From positions 1 through 64,000 of IMG/VR virus record IMGVR_UViG_3300035661_000001: a stretch of DNA of 64,000 bases. One strand, 5' to 3'. Below are positions 36,777 to 45,176 of the stretch, one piece after another (position 1 is the stretch's first letter; each line of letters starts with the position of its first letter). The translations under genes and the position numbers were made by a program. The notes below the pieces were generated by a model that saw nothing but the letters and a program-made list of their open reading frames with translations, ran no database searches and was not told the DNA's origin.

Positions 36777-37377
36777 ATGTCTGATGATAAGGTTAAACAT
36801 AGAGAATATCAGAAAAGATATCGAAATAAAAACAAGCATAAAATTAAAGAATATGATTTGAATCATAGAGAAGATTTAAATGCAAAAGCCAAGTTAAGAA
36901 ATAAAAAGTATCGTGATTCTCATAAAGAAGAGTTAGCAGAGAAGCGAAGACTCGCGTCTGTAGAAGAAAAATCTGCAACATCTAAAAAGAATTATTTGCG
37001 ATTGAAGCGCCGGAAGAAAAATAATCCGACACTTAGATTGCGATTAAACATTTCTACAGCCATTGGAAAAGCTCTTCGAGCTAAAGATGGTTCTAAGAAT
37101 GGAAATTCTGTTTTTAAAATACCTCTCTTATTCAATTGACGAATTACGATCCCATCTGGAAAGTGGGTTTGAATCTTGGATGAATTGGGATAATTATGGT
37201 TCGCCAACCTTCAAAGAAAGAAGGTGGAATATTGATCCGCAATCTGTTTTAACTTATACTTCTATGGAAGATGAAAACTTCAAGAAGTGTTGGGATCTTA
37301 CTAATCTTCGAGCAATTGATGCTATTAAGAATAGTAAGAAAGGTAATAAAATAAATTTCGTCTGTTCATCAGAATAG
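36777..37377 (+). pseudogene. Frameshifted HNH-type homing endonuclease
   Basis: RLRLNISTAI ORF joins the HLES.F..WMNWDNYG...W.ID...NLRAI ORF through a +1 shift near TTTTTAAAA (~37111-37119); the DHI.P His is missing. Confidence 0.7.
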
Positions 37378-37787
37378 ACTTTGGTCTTGGAGTACCCGTC
37401 AATACGATTGATCCAAGAGATAAGTCCGTGAGGACCCTATCAAGTTCAAAGTGAGATGTGATGCACGTAGTCGAGAGTGTTGTCTGTGAAACAGAGGGAA
37501 GGTTTCTATGCGTAAAAACATAGGGATGGCGTTCGCTGGGTTACAGACTGGACGATGATGCTAACATCGAAAAAATCTTTGATGTGTGATACCGAGATTG
37601 CTACGTCCACCGAGTGGTGAAATCTCTGGCAGAGTTGAATAAGTAGGTCGCGTTGGGTTAGATTTAAGAACCAAGTCCAAACTGGTTCTATTCTAATTTG
37701 GTGGGTGAGGAGAGGCAGCTCGACCGAATACTGACATTGCCAGATACTAAGTGCAAAATTTAACTTTTTGCCGTAGCGCTGTGATTT
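37378..37787 (+). ncRNA. 410-nt non-coding region, candidate structured RNA
   Basis: No ORF of 60 aa or more; several local stems (TCTTGG/CCAAGA, AGAACCA/TGGTTCT). Confidence 0.3.
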
Positions 37788-37979
37788 ATGAATAAAATAA
37801 CTTGCTTTCTAGTTGCGCTAGCTCTTTTTGTGACAGGCTGTGATGATAGTCGAGATGTCGCAGAAACAAATCAGAAAAAACAAGATGTACTACGGGATGC
37901 TCAGCAATGGGTCAAAGACTCTAAACTAGACGCAACTGTAACTTGTGTAATCGGATGTATACAGGAAGCTGTGATGTAA
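37788..37979 (+). CDS. small lipoprotein
   Basis: LFVTGC lipobox. Confidence 0.6.
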   Translation: MNKITCFLVALALFVTGCDDSRDVAETNQKKQDVLRDAQQWVKDSKLDATVTCVIGCIQEAVM

Positions 37980-38015
37980 TCCCTAAGGATCCTCGACCAC
38001 CCATTCTTTTATGGT

Positions 38016-38303
38016 GTGATAGCAGGGGTTGTCGCGTTGACTATGAAAGATAGTTCCGTAGACTTGAATAAGCTAAGCATTCTTCTATGTCTAGCTTTTC
38101 AAGAGAGCGAAGGTCCTTTTTATCTTCTTGTAAAAGATCTCGTTGGCAATGTTACCCGCGCCCGGTTAATGAAGAGTGAAGCAAAACTTCTTTCTTTAAA
38201 TCCATCGGTAGCTGAGATCGATATTGCGGAACCACTATCAGATAGAAGACATAAAGAAAGATGGACGTCCTTCAGAAGGATTGCCATTCGTAAACTTATT
38301 TAA
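38016..38303 (+). CDS. hypothetical protein
   Basis: ORF track; likely start ATG 38043. Confidence 0.55.
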   Translation: MIAGVVALTMKDSSVDLNKLSILLCLAFQESEGPFYLLVKDLVGNVTRARLMKSEAKLLSLNPSVAEIDIAEPLSDRRHKERWTSFRRIAIRKLI

Positions 38304-38318
38304 CACGAAAGAACTCCT

Positions 38319-38708
38319 ATGATCGTAAGAGTAAGGCTAATCTTGGAAACGAATTTCCCGGAATGTCAAGACGATGTTTGTCCCCATCGTAAAGACTGTG
38401 GTAATCATAGTACCGCCGGAGAATTCCGCGTGGAAGAAGGTTCGACGCCTGATTTGAAATTAATGCCAGATGGTACTTGGGAATGTTCTCAACGTCCAGT
38501 TGCTCGCGGTAGGGGAGCAGTCATGCATGGCGACTCTGATACCAGGAGTGATAAACAAATATTTCTTGACGCGTTGCAAGATTTGTTTGATTCAGAAGAC
38601 AACGAAGGCTGTGAAGATGATTTGACCGTTGTCTCGAAGAGCGCGGTTGAGAAATTAAAAGATCTTTATCCTGTCAACTCTTGGGTTGATGAGGATTTGG
38701 ATTGTTAA
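38319..38708 (+). CDS. hypothetical protein
   Basis: ORF track. Confidence 0.65.
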   Translation: MIVRVRLILETNFPECQDDVCPHRKDCGNHSTAGEFRVEEGSTPDLKLMPDGTWECSQRPVARGRGAVMHGDSDTRSDKQIFLDALQDLFDSEDNEGCEDDLTVVSKSAVEKLKDLYPVNSWVDEDLDC

Positions 38709-38979
38709 AGAGGTAATTCAAATGGTAAAGAATGGTTTGCGACTGATGGACATGGATGAAAACAGAAGAGAGTGGTGTGTGAGAAATTTCTCCGCGGCAC
38801 TAGCTGAGTGTGTCAGACGTGATTGTGTTATGGATATGGCTACGTCGGATGTAGCTGTTTATCTGGAATATCTGAATGGCACACCGGCGGCGGTTGAAGA
38901 TTGTGAAGCTATTGGTAAACTGATGCCTGGACATCAGGATGGTGGCGCATATCATGCGGGTTCTTTGGAACAGTCGTAA
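38686..38979 (+). CDS. hypothetical protein
   Basis: GAGG SD suggests start ATG 38722. Confidence 0.65.
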   Translation: MMRIWIVKEVIQMVKNGLRLMDMDENRREWCVRNFSAALAECVRRDCVMDMATSDVAVYLEYLNGTPAAVEDCEAIGKLMPGHQDGGAYHAGSLEQS

Positions 38980-39032
38980 GATGTCCTAAAGTTTTTTGGA
39001 TGATCTACTAGAACCGAAAGACGAATAATATT

Positions 39033-39136
39033 GATGAGGTAGTTCAAGGGCAGAACACCACCTAGCCATACATGGTAGTTCTATATGGTGAAAGTGGATT
39101 TAAGATGTGTTGGTTCAACTCCAATCCTCATCTCCG
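39033..39136 (+). tRNA. tRNA-like gene with large anticodon-loop insertion (identity unresolved)
   Basis: GATGAGG/CCTCATC acceptor; GTTC/GAAC D arm; CCAC/GTGG stem around 32 nt; GTTGG-TTCAACT-CCAAT. Confidence 0.6.
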
Positions 39137-39304
39137 AAATTGTATTATAATATGGAGGATTCCATCAGCGAGAGCAGTTCACCTTCAGTGGTAAATGGAT
39201 AAAATCCCCCCAGACACAATTTGCTCAAACTGTGTTATTGTTTTTGGTAACAAAAGCATTGACCCCTGAATGACCCAGGGTTGTATTGTGATACGTTTCT
39301 GGCA

Positions 39305-39389
39305 AGACATGATGCACAAACTAGTGTTGTGCTATTTGGTAGACCGTGAAAAAATATGCGGTTGGTGGGTCCGAGTCCCATCATGTCTA
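39305..39389 (+). ncRNA. Non-canonical tRNA-like fold
   Basis: AGACATG/CATGTCT acceptor; GCAC/GTGC D stem; ACCGTG/TGCGGT arm with A-rich loop; GTGGG-TCCGAGT-CCCAT. Confidence 0.5.
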
Positions 39390-39506
39390 CGACTGCTAAC
39401 ATAGTTAGGCGGCTTAAAAATCCGCATGGAGAGATCCATGAATAATACGGGGTTGCAAACCTAGGATAAGTCTGTGGCACATTTCCAAGTTAGCTGCGAC
39501 GCCACT

Positions 39507-39582
39507 GTTGAGGTAGCTCAATCTTGTAGAGCTATGAGGTGAACTCTCATGGTTGCTGGGTCGATACCAGCCCTCGACACTA
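39507..39582 (+). tRNA. tRNA-Phe(GAA)-like with atypical G32, C37 and G54
   Basis: GTTGAGG/CCTCGAC; GCTC/GAGC; ATGAG-GTGAACT-CTCAT; GCTGG-GTCGATA-CCAGC; A-CTA. Confidence 0.7.
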
Positions 39583-39584
39583 AT

Positions 39585-39662
39585 GGATCTTAATAAACCA
39601 TGGTGTTCCCGGCGGCCACTTTAGCTTGGGGTGCGCCGGTTCGATTCCGGCTGGATCCACTA
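39585..39662 (+). ncRNA. Degenerate tRNA-like fold
   Basis: GGATCT/GGATCC acceptor; GCCGG-TTCGATT-CCGGC T arm; A-CTA; irregular D and anticodon arms. Confidence 0.5.
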
Positions 39663-39683
39663 TTCCTACACAAAGGATATAAA

Positions 39684-40025
39684 ATGAAAAATGAAATCGA
39701 GGAAATAAAAGATATCGAACCAGATGCTTGGCTCGAAAATCTTTATCAATTGTGCTCGTCTGGAAATCGAAGTGCCGCTGTGGATCTAGTTCTCTATACC
39801 TTTGACGATCTGCTGTATGCGCGTAACGTTTCAATGTGTAACGAGCTTTTGAAAAGAGTTGACGTTGATCGCCTCCTTACCGAAGTGTCGCTTGCTTTTC
39901 TGATGGAGACCTTCCGTGCAAGGCATGCGTTGGTAGAACGCGCCGGACTTTATTGTAGAATACATGATAAGTTCCAAAAAAGTTTTCCGGACAGAGTTGT
40001 ATCATTGATTGGTAATTTGAAATGA
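39684..40025 (+). CDS. hypothetical helical protein
   Basis: AAGGA SD before ATG 39684. Confidence 0.7.
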   Translation: MKNEIEEIKDIEPDAWLENLYQLCSSGNRSAAVDLVLYTFDDLLYARNVSMCNELLKRVDVDRLLTEVSLAFLMETFRARHALVERAGLYCRIHDKFQKSFPDRVVSLIGNLK

Positions 40026-40300
40026 AACATACAGTAGGTGGACCGTTGACAGATCGTGGGGTTGAACTTGGTGGAGTTTGGCCAGGAGATCCTGATTACA
40101 GTTTTACTTCACTGATTGTTTCAACTATTGATTCTATGAACCTAAAGAAAAAGGTAGTTAGTTTCACTAGGTTATGCGAGGCTGTTGGTACATGGTCCCC
40201 ACACAATGATCCTGGCGCTCCGGTATATCGTCTTATGAGTTACGGTCCTCATAATGTACGAGTAGCATTAACTAGATTCGGTTATCAGGTCATAAAATGA
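40022..40300 (+). CDS. hypothetical protein
   Basis: ATGA overlaps. Confidence 0.65.
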   Translation: MKHTVGGPLTDRGVELGGVWPGDPDYSFTSLIVSTIDSMNLKKKVVSFTRLCEAVGTWSPHNDPGAPVYRLMSYGPHNVRVALTRFGYQVIK

Positions 40301-40710
40301 AAAGTATTTGTTTCTTTCTACCACTCATTGCCGCAATAGCTGGTTGTGGTAACAATCTAATCGCCAATCCTTGCGCGAGTGTAGATTCGGAATACAAAGT
40401 TGTGTACACTCAGCTTAGTGGTAACTGCGGTGAACTCGCCGAGTCAACTGTGACAATCAGCTCATCGGGAACTGTCGAAGGAACTTCCAGTTTCGATTGT
40501 AAATCATACGAAGATAATGCTTGCAAGCAAGATGCTGTCGAGTGTGAATATCCTGTTGGTGATGATGTTCATAGCCTGACTACCCATCTTACTTTCGATA
40601 AAGATGGAAAAACCGCTTCTGGCTTCGGAAGCCTTGTCATATTCACTGATGGTAAAGTGAAGTGTGATTCCACATATCTGATTCAGTACTACAGAAAAGA
40701 TGATAAGTAA
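40297..40710 (+). CDS. putative lipoprotein
   Basis: AIAGC lipobox; paired Cys. Confidence 0.75.
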   Translation: MKSICFFLPLIAAIAGCGNNLIANPCASVDSEYKVVYTQLSGNCGELAESTVTISSSGTVEGTSSFDCKSYEDNACKQDAVECEYPVGDDVHSLTTHLTFDKDGKTASGFGSLVIFTDGKVKCDSTYLIQYYRKDDK

Positions 40711-40731
40711 TTCTTAACATATTATGTATGG

Positions 40732-40829
40732 TGATGGTATTTTGCGATTGTAATTCATAGTTTAAGCTATGAGTGGAGCAAGTATTGGGACTAAATCGCG
40801 TGATATGGGTTCGATTCCCATACTATCAT
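40732..40829 (+). ncRNA. tRNA-like RNA lacking a D stem
   Basis: TGATGGT/ACTATCA acceptor; GCGATT/AATCGC helix enclosing a CTCATAG-type hairpin; ATGGG-TTCGATT-CCCAT. Confidence 0.5.
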
Positions 40830-40848
40830 CATATGTAATTTTTGTTTT

Positions 40849-40924
40849 GGGGCGTTGGCGAAATGGCAAGCGCGACGGTTTTAAGAACCGTTAAGTGAGG
40901 GTTCGAGTCCCTCACGCCCTACTA
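40849..40924 (+). tRNA. tRNA-Leu(UAA) with short (5-nt) variable loop
   Basis: GGGGCGT/ACGCCCT; GCG/CGC D arm; ACGGT-TTTAAGA-ACCGT; GAGGG-TTCGAGT-CCCTC; A-CTA. Confidence 0.85.
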
Positions 40925-40925
40925 T

Positions 40926-41002
40926 GGTCCGTTAGCTCAGTTGGTTAGAGCGCCAGTCTTATAAGCAGGAGGTCGCTGGTTCAATCCCAGCACGGACTAC
41001 CA
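40926..41002 (+). tRNA. tRNA-Ile(UAU)
   Basis: GGTCCGT/ACGGACT; canonical D and T arms; loop CT-TAT-AA; ACCA end; one A-A mismatch in the anticodon stem. Confidence 0.9.
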
Positions 41003-41023
41003 ATTCACATTTAAAGGAATTTT

Positions 41024-41215
41024 ATGGGTATAATTTTCGTAATTATTTTGTATTTTATTCCAACTATTATTGCTATGTTCAGAAGGCATAGTAACAGTCT
41101 TGCTATTGGAGCAATCAATTTGCTTCTTGGTTGGACTGTAATTAGTTGGGTCTCGGCTCTTGTATGGAGCCTTACAGATAATACTCTTTCCAAGGAAGAA
41201 TATTGGGGAAAATGA
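41024..41215 (+). CDS. imm: superinfection immunity protein (T4 Imm family)
   Basis: LYFIPTIIA..R.H.N..AI..INLLLGWTVI.WV.ALVWSL. Confidence 0.9.
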   Translation: MGIIFVIILYFIPTIIAMFRRHSNSLAIGAINLLLGWTVISWVSALVWSLTDNTLSKEEYWGK

Positions 41216-41406
41216 ATAGATTAAAAAATTTGTTTAACGCGCACAATAATAAGGCACAGGGCTTAGCAATTTATACTGTAGGTACAGTTGTTTTACTTGT
41301 TGGTACAGTTGGGTTATTAGCTAGTAACGGCAATAACAATACAAACATCACTCAACAGATTCCAGCTCCGATTGAATCTGCGCCAGCACCAAAATTAATC
41401 ACCTGA
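41203..41406 (+). CDS. small membrane-anchored protein
   Basis: One TM; similar to the N-terminus of 41456-41977. Confidence 0.55.
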   Translation: MGKMNRLKNLFNAHNNKAQGLAIYTVGTVVLLVGTVGLLASNGNNNTNITQQIPAPIESAPAPKLIT

Positions 41407-41455
41407 TCCTTCAAAGAAAAAAAGCATTTAAGAGTTTTGAAAAAGTTTTTCAAAC

Positions 41456-41977
41456 TTGGATTTGTTCAGTCAAGTAAAGTATAAAATGGAAAATAAAATG
41501 GATAATAAAAACCCAATTATTTGGGGCATCTATGTTGTGGGCGGAGCAATCGTATTAGGTGCTACATGTGGATTGATTAGCAACTATAATGATACTGAAG
41601 CTGCAAATGAACATCAAGCAGCACTTGATACTCCGAGTTTGTATCATGAACCGCCTTCTGTTACTTCTATTCCAGAAGTAACAATACTTCATGAAGACAT
41701 TGGTAAAAATCTAGATGCTGATATTGCAAAAGCATCACGCTGTATTTGGTATTGTGTTGTAGCCAATTCAGGTAATGGAGAAGCTACAGGAGATTGTACG
41801 GCACAAAGATGCGCAAAGATGGAATCCCTTGGATATGCAGCAATCAATTTATGTATGAATGAATGCGCTAATATGAAATATGAAATTGATTGTGTACCTC
41901 TAACGCCTGAAGATGCTGCGGCAGATAAAAAATGTGGCAAGAGTGACTCGTGTCGTTTACGATATTTTTCTAAGTGA
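41456..41977 (+). CDS. membrane-anchored Cys-rich protein
   Basis: TM, then a C-terminal domain with about 10 Cys; start probably ATG 41486 or 41498. Confidence 0.7.
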   Translation: MDLFSQVKYKMENKMDNKNPIIWGIYVVGGAIVLGATCGLISNYNDTEAANEHQAALDTPSLYHEPPSVTSIPEVTILHEDIGKNLDADIAKASRCIWYCVVANSGNGEATGDCTAQRCAKMESLGYAAINLCMNECANMKYEIDCVPLTPEDAAADKKCGKSDSCRLRYFSK

Positions 41978-42131
41978 TTGAGTCGAGAATTAAATGAAAA
42001 AGTTTTTTGGAGCACTTGAGATGCTCTTTCCATCTTCTTGTAGTATTGCAAGAAATACCTATATACAATTTTTCGCTTAATACATTAACAATTTTGTATA
42101 GCGTAATTTTTACCTTTTCCTTTGTCTTCAT
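41970..42131 (-). pseudogene. GIY-YIG homing endonuclease remnant
   Basis: LYKIVN...KLYIGIS...RRWKEHLK, then stops after about 53 aa. Confidence 0.75.
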
Positions 42132-42173
42132 ACATGTCAATATATCACTATTGATAGAAAGATGCGATAAATA

Positions 42174-43190
42174 ATGAGAGCTGATATTGTGATTGATTTG
42201 GTGAACGGTGACTCCGGAAAAGGAAAAGTAACACATCATCTCCTTGGAGAATCTATCAGGAACAATGTTCCATATACTCATGCTGTCCGGTATGGAGGAT
42301 CGTCCAACGCCGGACATTCGATCTATCACAATGAAAAGAAGTTCGTTACCCATTTGATTCCTGCCGGAGTCTTTTTTGGTATCCGATCAGTCATTGGTCC
42401 TGGATGTGTTTTGAATGTCAAGGCTTTTTTTGATGAGCTTAATGATCTCAAAATTAATGGTATCGACTGTGATAGACTTGTTAAGATTGCGCATAACAGT
42501 CATATCGTGACTGATGAACATCTTAAAGAGGATGGTCTTGATACCAAAATCGGTACGACTAAGCGCGGCGTCGGTCCAGCTTACCGTGATAAGTATGGTA
42601 GAACTGGTGTCCGTGCTGAGTCTATTCCTGAGTTGAAGCCTTATCTGATTGATTTTCTTGATGAGATTTTCGATGAGTCCAAGGGAGAAGCCAACCTCAT
42701 GTTGGAAGGTGCACAGGGACATTACCTGGACCCCATCTTCGGAGACTATCCGTACGTTACTAGTTCTCATTGTGGTGTTGGTGGAGCCATCATCAATGGA
42801 GTTCCGCATACGGCGATTGATATGGTGTTCGGCGCTTGCAAAGCATACGATACTTATGTCGGTGCGAAGAAGTTTGAACCAGATGGTGATGATGTTCTAC
42901 CATTGCTTCGTAAGGTCGGGTCCGAGTTCGGAGCAACGACTGGAAGACCAAGACAGTGTAACTATTTGAATCTGACTTCTCTTCGTCGAGCTTGTGAAGT
43001 GAATGACGTTACCCATCTGGTAGTATCGAAGATGGATGTTCTTCAGGAAGTGAATGTTTGGAAAGTTATCTGTGGTAGTAAGCTTATCGATATGGGTAAT
43101 GAAGATGACTTCAAAAGAATCGTGCATGGGTATGTTAATTCCAAAGGTGACAGAGACGTAATCTTCTCTTACACGCCACACGGAATTTGA
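42174..43190 (+). CDS. purA: adenylosuccinate synthetase (short form)
   Basis: GDSGKGK, NAGHS, HLIPAG, GTTKRGVGP.Y, EGAQG, YPYVTSS, GATTGRPR. Confidence 0.95.
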   Translation: MRADIVIDLVNGDSGKGKVTHHLLGESIRNNVPYTHAVRYGGSSNAGHSIYHNEKKFVTHLIPAGVFFGIRSVIGPGCVLNVKAFFDELNDLKINGIDCDRLVKIAHNSHIVTDEHLKEDGLDTKIGTTKRGVGPAYRDKYGRTGVRAESIPELKPYLIDFLDEIFDESKGEANLMLEGAQGHYLDPIFGDYPYVTSSHCGVGGAIINGVPHTAIDMVFGACKAYDTYVGAKKFEPDGDDVLPLLRKVGSEFGATTGRPRQCNYLNLTSLRRACEVNDVTHLVVSKMDVLQEVNVWKVICGSKLIDMGNEDDFKRIVHGYVNSKGDRDVIFSYTPHGI

Positions 43191-43210
43191 TAGCTGAGAC
43201 GATGACAGCA

Positions 43211-43305
43211 GCCACTATAGCTCTCAAGGGACTAAGAGCATTGCATCCTGGTGTTACTTTTGTTTCGGATGTAAGATGCGGGTTCGAGCCCCGTTAGTGG
43301 CGCCG
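43211..43305 (+). tRNA. tRNA-like gene with 24-nt anticodon loop (17-nt insertion)
   Basis: GCCACTA/TAGTGGC; GCTC/GAGC; TTGCA(TCC)/(GGA)TGTAA; GCGGG-TTCGAGC-CCCGT. Confidence 0.65.
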
Positions 43306-43446
43306 TGGGGTAAATCCTGTTCTGGAAACAGAATGTAAATGGATGACCCCGCACTAATTTTGATGCGTGGGACTTGGCGGTCTACAGGATGCTCATCACA
43401 CTAATGGATGCAGGGGCGATTCCTGCCCTCGCTACTAAGAGGAAAC

Positions 43447-43950
43447 ATGAAACAGATACAGTCTTTCGCTTGTGATTTCTGTCGATACATAGACGCTGAT
43501 GCTAGGTCTATGGCATGGCATGAAAAAGATCATCAACGCGAAATAGACAGACGCGCAGCGAGAGTAGCAACTGGACAGATAACAATTGGGCAGATCATTC
43601 AAAAATGTGAAATGCTTCCTGATCTTCCAGTTGTAGTGCATTGTGCATTGGTAGAGTTTGATGGCGTGTACCCATCAGAGCCTGACAGTTATCGTGGTTA
43701 CTACGATGAGCTAGCCATTGACATCAGTAGAGATAAAGAAGTTACTTTGAGTACCTTCATAGAATGGATGGTAGACTCTCTTCACCAGGTATATTCTGGT
43801 CATAAAGGTGGCGAGTATAATATGTGTGAAGATACTTTCGTATGGCTAGCCGGATGTGGTGAGAGCACAGGCATCGCTGTCACAGATGTTTGTTTGTCTC
43901 CTGACGGAGATATCATACGTTTGGTGTGCAACAAGATTGCTGATCTGTAA
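43447..43950 (+). CDS. hypothetical protein
   Basis: GAGGA SD; CxxC; SYRGYYDELA...GHKGG motif. Confidence 0.75.
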   Translation: MKQIQSFACDFCRYIDADARSMAWHEKDHQREIDRRAARVATGQITIGQIIQKCEMLPDLPVVVHCALVEFDGVYPSEPDSYRGYYDELAIDISRDKEVTLSTFIEWMVDSLHQVYSGHKGGEYNMCEDTFVWLAGCGESTGIAVTDVCLSPDGDIIRLVCNKIADL

Positions 43951-44350
43951 ATTTTGAAATCGGCATGGATTGAAACGAACCCTTTCGAGGGACAGATGAG
44001 ATTACGTAACGCTGGATGCCCATTAATGGGTTATAGAAATATAGCAGCCCAGCTTGCGTTTTCAGGGCGTCCAATCCTGAAAATCATTTGCAATGACTCC
44101 TAAAAACCAGGGTGGTCGCCCTGGGCGATTTGTGCCGATAAAGAGCCGCTGACACTCCCGATCACCTGTGGGTTCGAGTCCCACTCCATTCTTGGTATCA
44201 AGAATGGCTTGGCGGAAATTGGGATACGCGAGGATCAAAACACGATTCTCGATTGGGAAATCGAAGCGGCACGACCGTGGTAAGGGGGCATCTTCCCGCC
44301 ACATCTATGGGAGGGGAGAGATTCTCTCCTCTCCCCTCCCATGGGTCGAG
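43951..44350 (+). ncRNA. Structured non-coding region with a T arm and 3' acceptor upstream of a Leu-type 5' half
   Basis: GTGGG-TTCGAGT-CCCAC-TCCATTC (44168-44191), then GAATGGC-TTGGCGGAAATTGGGATACGCG (44202-44230); 14-bp GC hairpin at 44307-44342. Confidence 0.5.
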
Positions 44351-44485
44351 TTTAACTATACAAAAATCATTTACGGAATGCCTATGATACATCAACTGGC
44401 ATCACTTCCGTTAATGCTAGATTTTTTCCAATTGCCCGCACTGTGGGCTATAATTTTCCTGCTCCTTCGTTTGAGAAAAAAAATC

Positions 44486-45148
44486 ATGAAAAGCAAAATC
44501 CTCAGTGCTCTCAACCCGGTAGTTCATCAGTATCCCATGCGGTTGTTGCCGACGCCGGTTAAAGATGCATTGGTTACAAAATTGTTTACCAGCAAGCTGA
44601 TCACGGCTTTGCCGCACCATGTAATGGTAGATAATGATAAGACCTGGATGTATTATCAGGTTCCCAAACCTACTTGTACTTCTTTTTGTTTGGAGATCAA
44701 CCTTGCCAACAAGGCAGTTGGTTTTCATATTGGAGAGTATGAAGGTGCTTATAACGAACGCAATGTTGATAGCGATCGCACAAAGAGACCTCTCGAAAAA
44801 GATAAGGTCATCATCAAAGGTTATCTTCTCCAGCGAAATCATAGAAATGAACTTCTGCAAGAGAACATCAGGATTACGTTTCACCCATCTCAAATGGTGA
44901 AGATTCACGCTCAGGTTGAGCTGAGTTCTCGTGACCGGCAGATTCTTTTTTGTTACGGTTTTCTCCGTGATGGTTATGCCAGACGCGAAGCACTGTCCCG
45001 TCTGAACGTTGAGAAAATAGAACTGGAGAGCCTGACTCTCAGGGGTCTTATCAAGAAAACTAGCAATGGTCATTTGTTGACAGCTTTGGGCGAAGCTAAT
45101 CGTCTTCCGGTTTCCAAAGACAATAATGTAGCCATTGATCAATGGTGA
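44486..45148 (+). CDS. hypothetical protein with C-terminal wHTH-like region (paralog of 45177-45833)
   Basis: KGY..FHPS...LS.R.R..ALSRLN motif shared. Confidence 0.75.
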   Translation: MKSKILSALNPVVHQYPMRLLPTPVKDALVTKLFTSKLITALPHHVMVDNDKTWMYYQVPKPTCTSFCLEINLANKAVGFHIGEYEGAYNERNVDSDRTKRPLEKDKVIIKGYLLQRNHRNELLQENIRITFHPSQMVKIHAQVELSSRDRQILFCYGFLRDGYARREALSRLNVEKIELESLTLRGLIKKTSNGHLLTALGEANRLPVSKDNNVAIDQW

Positions 45149-45176
45149 TGTTCGCCCACGGGGCAGAGGTTAAAAT

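Noticed and set aside
42174-43190. PurZ (2-aminoadenine DNA)
   Set aside because: The catalytic Asp is retained (GDSGKG), and no dATPase/MazZ-type partner was recognised in the window
43355-43437. Additional tRNA ending TCGCT-A-CTA
   Set aside because: A T-like arm and CTA tail are present, but the acceptor has two U-U mismatches and the other arms are unconvincing; counted only in the CTA-tail tally
44168-44485. N-terminal 106-aa extension of the ORF-track 326-aa protein (similarly 39600-39683, 58027-58116, 61902-62075)
   Set aside because: These extensions run through structured RNA or the upstream gene; internal ATGs match the paralogs or SD sites
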